Shown piece by piece: positions 57,892 through 64,000 of a stretch of DNA of 64,000 nt. The position numbers and the translations under genes are program-made. The notes under the pieces are model-generated. The model ran no database searches. It was not told the DNA's origin and saw only the letters and a list, made by a program, of their open reading frames with translations. The stretch's first letter is position 1. Every line of letters begins with the position of its first letter. Location of the stretch: contig JAXLZT010000001.1 of the NCBI GenBank assembly GCA_046350795.1, positions 80,468 to 144,467 of the forward strand, in the 5' to 3' direction. The DNA comes from Minisyncoccota bacterium (GTDB lineage Bacteria > Patescibacteriota > Minisyncoccia > Phycocordibacterales > CALRHW01).

Positions 57892-57973
57892 ACCGCTCTC
57901 GTATTTCTTGCAAAAAATAAGCGCAGACTATACACTGTAGCCTATTATTTCATCACATTTTTTACCAAAGCAC

Positions 57974-59026
57974 ATGTCAAAAAAAGATAAAAAATATTCA
58001 AATATAAAGATATCAAACCTTGAAAACTCTGAAGTGGAGATAGAGGGAGAAATCGCTGCCGACCTACTCGAAGAGCATCGTCAAATTGTTATAAAAAAAT
58101 TGGTTAGCAGTGCGGAACTACCGGGCTTCCGCAAAGGTTTTGCTCCAGAAAATCTAGTAGTACAAAAGTTTGGTGACATGAGAATATTAGAAGACGCTGC
58201 AGAAGAAGCCTTGCATTCACAATACGTTAGTATAATCACTGATAATTCTATACAAGCTATGGGTGATCCAAAAGTAACGATCACAAAACTCGCAGTGGGT
58301 AGTCCACTTGGTTTTAAAATAAAGACTGCTATTTTCCCAGAAGTAAAACTGCCTGATTACAAATCAATCGCCAAAAAAGAAATGGCGAGCGTAAAAGAAA
58401 TCACAGAAGTAGATGAAAAAGAAATAGAGGCAATCATTGATCAAATTCGAAAATCAAAAGCAAAAGAAGGTGGTGAAGAAAAAGAAAATACCGAAGGAAA
58501 AACAGAACTTCCCGATCTTGATGACAACTTTGCCCAATCACTCGGTGACTTTAAAACAGTAAATGATCTTAAAGAAAAAATAAAAGAAAATGCTTTGTTT
58601 GAGAAGAAAATGCAAGCAAAAGAAAAGAGTAGACTTTCTATTATTGAAGCTATAGTCAAAGAGAGCGACATCACTGTGCCAGAACTCATGATAGAAAGTG
58701 AGTTTCTAAAAATGTTAGCTCAATTTAAAGACGATATCACTCGCGCAGGATTAACGTATGAGGCCTATCTTTCTCATATAAAAAAGACTGAGGATGATAT
58801 TAGAAAAGAGTGGAGAGACAACGCGATAAAGCGCGCAAAAACACAACTCATTTTGGCAAAAATAGCCAAAGAAGAAAAACTAGCACCAGATGAAGAGGTG
58901 ATAAAAAAAGAAGTAGATCATATTATTTCACACCACAAAGATGCTGACAGATATAGAGTACGAATGTATGTAGAAAATATGTTGACTAATGAGAAGGTGT
59001 TGGAGTTTTTGGAAAATCAAAAATAG
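57974..59026 (+). CDS. tig: Trigger factor, apparently lacking the PPIase domain
   Basis: Ribosome-binding PGFRKG; ELPDLDDNFA; C-terminal SurA-like domain; only 350 aa. Confidence 0.92.
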   Translation: MSKKDKKYSNIKISNLENSEVEIEGEIAADLLEEHRQIVIKKLVSSAELPGFRKGFAPENLVVQKFGDMRILEDAAEEALHSQYVSIITDNSIQAMGDPKVTITKLAVGSPLGFKIKTAIFPEVKLPDYKSIAKKEMASVKEITEVDEKEIEAIIDQIRKSKAKEGGEEKENTEGKTELPDLDDNFAQSLGDFKTVNDLKEKIKENALFEKKMQAKEKSRLSIIEAIVKESDITVPELMIESEFLKMLAQFKDDITRAGLTYEAYLSHIKKTEDDIRKEWRDNAIKRAKTQLILAKIAKEEKLAPDEEVIKKEVDHIISHHKDADRYRVRMYVENMLTNEKVLEFLENQK

Positions 59027-59033
59027 CAATAGC

Positions 59034-59134
59034 GTAAAAAGAGCTTTTGAAAAGCACGCGTCAATCGCTGCTGCGATTGCTGCTCCGCTCGGCGCCGTCG
59101 CGCCTGCGCGAGTCTTTTCAAAAGCTATTTTTAC
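59034..59134. repeat. Palindromic intergenic element related to 34338-34451
   Basis: GTAAAAA-G-AGCTTTTGAAAAG ... CTTTTCAAAAGCT-A-TTTTTAC with core CGCTCGGCGCCGTCGCGC. Confidence 0.65.
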
Positions 59135-59259
59135 TTGACCCTCCTTATTTGTTTATACAAAAGAAAAAGCTCCCGGTCCGCTTGCGCGAAACCGAGAGCT
59201 TGAGATCAAAACCGAGTGATAGTGCTGTAGCCGAAGCCAGAGCACAGAACTCAGTCAAT

Positions 59260-59766
59260 TCAGTTGTTGTGTGGAGAGAAGCGACCTCCATAGCTGTCGT
59301 CCCCCGGGGACTTTCCCTTCTTCCACCAGTCAGCGGGGTCTTCTGTCTCCCTCTTGGGGCCAAACAGATTCTTGAGAAACACCCCCCAGAATCTTGCCTT
59401 GGCAGATCCAGTCTTCCTTGACTGGTGTTCTGCAACATCCGCGGCTGCCATCAGCCCAGCGGTAATCACATCCGCCAAGACGTCGTTGTCAGTGTTGATC
59501 TTCCTGGGTTCCTTCCACCGGAACGTCCAGGCCACCACAAGTCCCACCATCGCACACATCAAAGATTTGACGATCCACAACTGAGTTATGGAGAGGCCCG
59601 TGCTGGTCGGGACACCGTCGATCAGCATCGACATGCAGAAGCATGTCACGGCGACCGCCCTCACTGCATTGTTTGCCATCGTTCGCTTCCACCGAAGCGG
59701 AAGGACAAACGACACAAACAGAACGCCTGAAGAGATGAGAAACATCATAGCGGGAACGAAGGTCAT
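59260..59766 (-). CDS. Hypothetical 3-TM membrane protein in a GC-rich islet
   Basis: AAGGAG 6 nt before the ATG; three hydrophobic segments. Confidence 0.65.
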   Translation of the reverse strand: MTFVPAMMFLISSGVLFVSFVLPLRWKRTMANNAVRAVAVTCFCMSMLIDGVPTSTGLSITQLWIVKSLMCAMVGLVVAWTFRWKEPRKINTDNDVLADVITAGLMAAADVAEHQSRKTGSAKARFWGVFLKNLFGPKRETEDPADWWKKGKSPGDDSYGGRFSPHNN

Positions 59767-59894
59767 GAATAGCTCCTTGTAAATCAAGTTTTTGACCACC
59801 GCATTGGTAGCCATATTTACAAAACCCCCACTGATAAAGAATCTTGTAAATATGGCCACCTCACACAACAAATGTTAAAGAACCCTACTTTTAT

Positions 59895-59923
59895 ATTATA
59901 CACCTAAAATATCTACCTGTCAA
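59895..59923 (-). promoter_or_regulatory. Consensus sigma70 promoter for the islet gene
   Basis: TTGACA-17 nt-TATAAT, a perfect match. Confidence 0.8.
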
Positions 59924-59934
59924 TAGACCATATT

Positions 59935-60663
59935 TCACCCCATCAAAAACAATGTCGCCGTTGCGACAGCCGCCGTCTCCGCCCGCAGTATCTGATTGCC
60001 CATAGTTTTTAGGTCTACCTCTTGTTTTTTAAAAAATTCAATCTCTTTTTCACTCCAACCACCCTCTGGTCCGATGAAAATAGCGACAGGCTCTGTATCA
60101 GACGTGTCCTTTGAAATCATGGCTATACCCCCTGGATCAAAGGCTATTTTATGAGCCGGAAATTTAAAAAACGAATCATTACTGTTAGAAAAAATATCTT
60201 CAAGTGTCATCACCGGATGAATTTCTGGCACAGTACCTCTACCAGACTGCTCACTTGCTTCGCGAGCTATTTTTATGAGACGCTCCATATTTAAATCTTT
60301 TTTCTCAGAACGCTCTGCAACCACCGGTACAAAATGATTGACGCCTATTTCAGTCCCCTTTTCTACTATCCATTCAAAATTATCTTTTTTTACAATAGCC
60401 ATACAAAGCCATACGTCTTTTTTGGCTGTAGGTACGGTGCGTGATTCACCTACAGAGATTTGCGCTGATTCTTTTGAAAGCATTTCTATCTTGCATGTGT
60501 ACTCTCGGCCAGAGCCGTCAAAAAGTATCACATTGTCGCCCGTGCCTAGCCGGAAAACCTTTTTCCATTGATGTATCAAATCCGCATCAAAAATATCGAG
60601 TCTTTTTTGCTCTCCTATCTGCTTAGCACCTTTCTCTCCGACAAAAAATCTATGTAATCTCAT
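59935..60663 (-). CDS. rsmE: 16S rRNA m3U1498 methyltransferase RsmE
   Basis: EKGTEIGV, EASEQSGR, IGPEGGW, ILRAETA. Confidence 0.96.
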   Translation of the reverse strand: MRLHRFFVGEKGAKQIGEQKRLDIFDADLIHQWKKVFRLGTGDNVILFDGSGREYTCKIEMLSKESAQISVGESRTVPTAKKDVWLCMAIVKKDNFEWIVEKGTEIGVNHFVPVVAERSEKKDLNMERLIKIAREASEQSGRGTVPEIHPVMTLEDIFSNSNDSFFKFPAHKIAFDPGGIAMISKDTSDTEPVAIFIGPEGGWSEKEIEFFKKQEVDLKTMGNQILRAETAAVATATLFLMG

Positions 60664-60723
60664 ATGGTTTGATTATACACAAATTTTGCTATAGTATATG
60701 GGTCTTATCATTAAATAAAACAT

Positions 60724-61293
60724 ATGTTAATACCAACAGTTATTGAAAAAACAAATTTTGGGGAGCGAGCATATGACATTTATTCTCGCTTACTAAAAGA
60801 GCGCATTATCTTTTTAGGAGGACCGATAGACGATCATATGGCAAATATAGTCATTGCTCAGCTACTTTTCCTAGAATCAGAAGACCCTAAAAAAGATATC
60901 CAACTATACATCAACTCTCCAGGTGGTTCTGTCACTGCTACCCTAGCAATGCTAGATACAATGAATCACATAAAACCAGACATTTCTACTGTATGCGTAG
61001 GTATTGCGGCGTCTGGTGCAGCTATTTTGCTAGCAGGGGGTAAAAAAGGAAAGCGACTTGCTCTACCAAATGCAGAAGTGATGATTCATCAACCTTGGGG
61101 TGGAGCGCAAGGACAAGCCACAGACATAGAAATCACAGCACGGCAAATACTAAAGACTCGATCAAAATTAAATAAAATTCTCGCAGACACTACAGGTAAG
61201 CCACTAGAACAAATAGAGAAAGATGTGGAACGTGACTACTTTATGGACGCAACAGAAGCAAAAAAGTACGGAATTATCGACAAAGTTTTGTAA
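60724..61293 (+). CDS. clpP: ATP-dependent Clp protease proteolytic subunit
   Basis: [25 protein letters not shown]. Confidence 0.98.
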   Translation: MLIPTVIEKTNFGERAYDIYSRLLKERIIFLGGPIDDHMANIVIAQLLFLESEDPKKDIQLYINSPGGSVTATLAMLDTMNHIKPDISTVCVGIAASGAAILLAGGKKGKRLALPNAEVMIHQPWGGAQGQATDIEITARQILKTRSKLNKILADTTGKPLEQIEKDVERDYFMDATEAKKYGIIDKVL

Positions 61294-61309
61294 TTATATT
61301 TACAAAATA

Positions 61310-62185
61310 TTATTGAATTCTCACAGCCCAACCGTTTCTTGTTTCTCCACAGTCGTAATCATTTCCTGTGGTTGTACAGTCTGTAGGTGGTACTCCTAAA
61401 ATACTTCCGATACTTGTGCCACCATTTACTACAGTCAAACTTACATATGGAATTGAAGTATACATTTCTCGATCAGCTGCACTATCTCCTATCTGATCCA
61501 TTCTCACCATATTTACCATCCACTTGGCACTAGATCCACCAGGCAAAGCTGGACCTGTACCACCAGTTACAGTACCGGCCCATGAAGTTGCCCACTTTCC
61601 ACCGGTCACACCAATATTATGACCAGGTTCTTGACCGTATGCTTCTGAATATCCAAAGGCAAAAGATACGGTAGCGCCCACACCAGTAGTTTGATTTGAT
61701 CCGGTTCCATATGGCTTCATATTAAGACCTGACTGTGCCTGAGGAAGATCTCTCCACTCCGCAACACCAGATGTACCAATAGCTGTAAGCACTTGCCCAT
61801 TTGAAATAAGACCATCAGAAGCTGTTGCTCCACCACGAATTCTTACTTGACCGCCCACATCAAGCTTGATGTTGTCATTTCCGGTATCATTTAAATAATT
61901 ATTTATAGCGACTCTACCGTTTACTACAAAAAGTCCAGGTGCTCCGGGAGCTGGAGTACCAGAAGATACTATCAACCCTCCTACCTTTGACTGAGCAACA
62001 CCACTTATGTTTATAGGTGGATTACAGCCAGGAATACTCATATCTGTACATACTGGAGGATCACCTGCTGGTGGTGGGGTCCATGCACCATGCACCACTC
62101 CTATGCCCATTACCAAAACAAGAGCAAGTATCAAAACCCTCACACTTTGTAATATTTCTTTTTTAAATGAATTCATTTTTTTCAT
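61310..62185 (-). CDS. Secreted fibre-like protein sharing its N-terminus with the 49657-52107 paralogs but with a different C-terminus
   Basis: AWTPP..DPP.C...PGCNPPIN...Q.K.GGL, KLDVGG, GQVLT...G.AEW. Confidence 0.75.
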   Translation of the reverse strand: MKKMNSFKKEILQSVRVLILALVLVMGIGVVHGAWTPPPAGDPPVCTDMSIPGCNPPINISGVAQSKVGGLIVSSGTPAPGAPGLFVVNGRVAINNYLNDTGNDNIKLDVGGQVRIRGGATASDGLISNGQVLTAIGTSGVAEWRDLPQAQSGLNMKPYGTGSNQTTGVGATVSFAFGYSEAYGQEPGHNIGVTGGKWATSWAGTVTGGTGPALPGGSSAKWMVNMVRMDQIGDSAADREMYTSIPYVSLTVVNGGTSIGSILGVPPTDCTTTGNDYDCGETRNGWAVRIQ

Positions 62186-62212
62186 AATAATTTTAATAAT
62201 TTTTTGATTATT

Positions 62213-62488
62213 TTACTGACTACTCATCGACTTTATTATTTTTGCCATCTCCTCATCTGATATTGTACTTTCTTTTGTACTTGTCATCTCTTTTATAATT
62301 CTTTTACTTTCTTCAGAACTTAATGTCGATGGTCCGGTTGCGGTCATTTCTTCTATTATCCTCTGAGAATCTGTTGCTTCTGGTAAATTGGGAGCGGATG
62401 AGTATTTTTTTATTATCCCAAACACCACCACAATCACCGATATGCACATTATTAGAGTAATAATTTTTTTATTTTTTAAATAATTCAT
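62213..62488 (-). CDS. Small single-TM protein, paralog of 52117-52452
   Basis: II.EMT / II.SMS repeats; GPSTL compared with GPSNL. Confidence 0.7.
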   Translation of the reverse strand: MNYLKNKKIITLIMCISVIVVVFGIIKKYSSAPNLPEATDSQRIIEEMTATGPSTLSSEESKRIIKEMTSTKESTISDEEMAKIIKSMSSQ

Positions 62489-62493
62489 GTTTT

Positions 62494-64000
62494 TTAAAAT
62501 TCACCAGTTTTTGGTTTAGCTAATATCAATACTTCAGCGTCATTACATGTCACAGGTATGCTTCCGCTTGAACTATCTCTAATGGTTAGACTCATTCTTT
62601 TTGTACCAGTAGTTTCATATGATCTATTAAAAGATACTTCTGTGGCATTTGTTGTCTCAGAACTTAAAACAACACCGCGCTCAACCCAATCGTATTGATA
62701 AGGTGGAGTACCTCCCGAAATTTGAGCCTTCCATTCTACTGGCTTGTTTATTACAACAATAGATTTTGTTGATTGTAGAGAGGAACATGTTGGACTAATC
62801 GAAACATCACCACTGATATTCGCAGTAACTGTTACCGGTATATCTATTGATTTTGTTGGTAAATCAGCTGTTGTCGCTTTTACACGAACATTATAAAGTC
62901 CCGGAGTAGTAAGCGTTCCAGCATTAACGGTAAGTGTTTTTTCACATGCAGGGGCCGGCGGTGTCGTAGGAATACATTTATTATTTCCATTAAAAGAAAC
63001 ACTTAAAGGATGGAGTAAATCATTGTTTGTAACGAGAGAAGCCAGAGTAACTTCTTGCGCTACAGGATTATCTAAAATAACACCAATTTTTGTTGTCTTT
63101 GAGCTTCTTTGCGTCATGGAAAGAGATGCGGGTGTCGCTGTAAGATGATAATTAAAAGTATTTGTTGGCACACTATATGTAACATCAGAAAAATTAACCC
63201 AACCCAACACATCACCACCCCAAGCATATCCTACGATGTGAGCTGTTGGCTTATTGAAAGTAACCCCAGCCAATCCATCGGTATGAGTAGGGCCAGATGG
63301 AAAAGAAGTACCGGCCAGACTAAGCCAACCATCCCAGCCAGATGTATTGTCACCCCAAAAAGCTCTTGCCCACCCACGAATAGTGGCTTGGTCTGGCATT
63401 AATTCTGCATTTACGGATTCTGTTCCACCGCCAGACGGAAAACCAGACAAGCCACCAAATTTAATAAAACCAATATTTGGACTCCAAGCATAACCAGTAA
63501 TGGTTCCAGGACCAGACGGTATGTTTGTGCTCACATCATTATTTGCATTATTGATTCTCACACCATAGCTGTTTGGTCCACAACTTCCAGAATCAGCAAA
63601 ACCGTTATGATCTTCATCTTTACAACTATTCATACTTATCAAACCAATATTTGAAGACCATGCCCAACCATACACATTACCCGTTTCAGTCATAGCAGAA
63701 ACAACTTCACACTTTGTATTTTGTGTACAACTAGAAACCACTGACCATGGTGTATTTTGTGTCACATTGGTATCACCGGGACACACTTGACCAGGTGGTT
63801 GTGTACCAACGCAAGAGGGCGCTGGTGGCAAAACACAAACACCGCCCTGATTTATATATGGCGCATTACAAGTCATTTCACACTTTTTACCGTCGGTACA
63901 AGCAGAAACGATTGACCATGGCACATCTCCGGATACACCATCTGTATCATTTGGACAAACTGTATTATTGGAAGGATCTGGTGGTGTACCAACACATTGA
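62494..64000 (-). CDS. Large Cys-rich surface protein, paralog of 52452-54740 (5' end outside the window)
   Basis: Frame open to the window edge; GWAWSSNIG, GWDGWLSL, Y.TTG.K; C-terminal EF. Confidence 0.8.
   Translation of the reverse strand, partial: QCVGTPPDPSNNTVCPNDTDGVSGDVPWSIVSACTDGKKCEMTCNAPYINQGGVCVLPPAPSCVGTQPPGQVCPGDTNVTQNTPWSVVSSCTQNTKCEVVSAMTETGNVYGWAWSSNIGLISMNSCKDEDHNGFADSGSCGPNSYGVRINNANNDVSTNIPSGPGTITGYAWSPNIGFIKFGGLSGFPSGGGTESVNAELMPDQATIRGWARAFWGDNTSGWDGWLSLAGTSFPSGPTHTDGLAGVTFNKPTAHIVGYAWGGDVLGWVNFSDVTYSVPTNTFNYHLTATPASLSMTQRSSKTTKIGVILDNPVAQEVTLASLVTNNDLLHPLSVSFNGNNKCIPTTPPAPACEKTLTVNAGTLTTPGLYNVRVKATTADLPTKSIDIPVTVTANISGDVSISPTCSSLQSTKSIVVINKPVEWKAQISGGTPPYQYDWVERGVVLSSETTNATEVSFNRSYETTGTKRMSLTIRDSSSGSIPVTCNDAEVLILAKPKTGEF

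Noticed and set aside
365-63402. Many short antisense or overlapping ORFs in the track (e.g. 5717-6496, 20097-20621, 22608-23078, 32763-33299, 40679-41212, 49949-50179)
   Set aside because: They are shadows of well-supported genes on the opposite strand or frame, with no motifs or initiation signals. The repeated MDPLPV ORFs only mirror the 157-bp repeat.
1-64000. Alternative genetic code (UGA=Gly, as in Gracilibacteria/Absconditabacteria)
   Set aside because: Core genes translate full length under code 11, and rsmE ends at a TGA at the expected position.

Overview
A 64-kb, AT-rich bacterial chromosome segment, most consistent with a Candidate Phyla Radiation (Parcubacteria/OD1-type) genome using genetic code 11. 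Supporting signs are the lack of rpmD/L30 in the spc cluster, SD-less and leaderless core genes, and type IV pilus and competence genes. Core content: ftsH, smpB plus tmRNA, lexA, cls, infC-rpmI-rplT, a beta-CASP RNase, ndk, the str/S10/spc ribosomal cluster through secY-adk-map, a site-2 protease, rpmB, split comEC, sod, rnhA, recJ, HIT, pgk-tpiA, pilB-pilC with minor pilins, nusA, ppa, tig, rsmE and clpP. Most notable: (1) a two-gene insertion between fusA and tuf encoding a membrane-anchored protein with 21 H-x4-S-x2-(W) repeats and an uncharacterised membrane-anchored partner with enzyme-like motifs; (2) three tandem secreted tail-fibre/collar-like paralogs sharing 157-bp and 53-bp blocks identical at the DNA level around variable tips, within a three-gene surface module that occurs twice; (3) dispersed GC-rich islets carrying SD sites and their own promoters or terminators; (4) a compact 6S-like RNA, a GAAC-N4-GTTC operator in the lexA promoter, and a family of palindromic intergenic elements. 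All calls come from reading the sequence; no searches were run.
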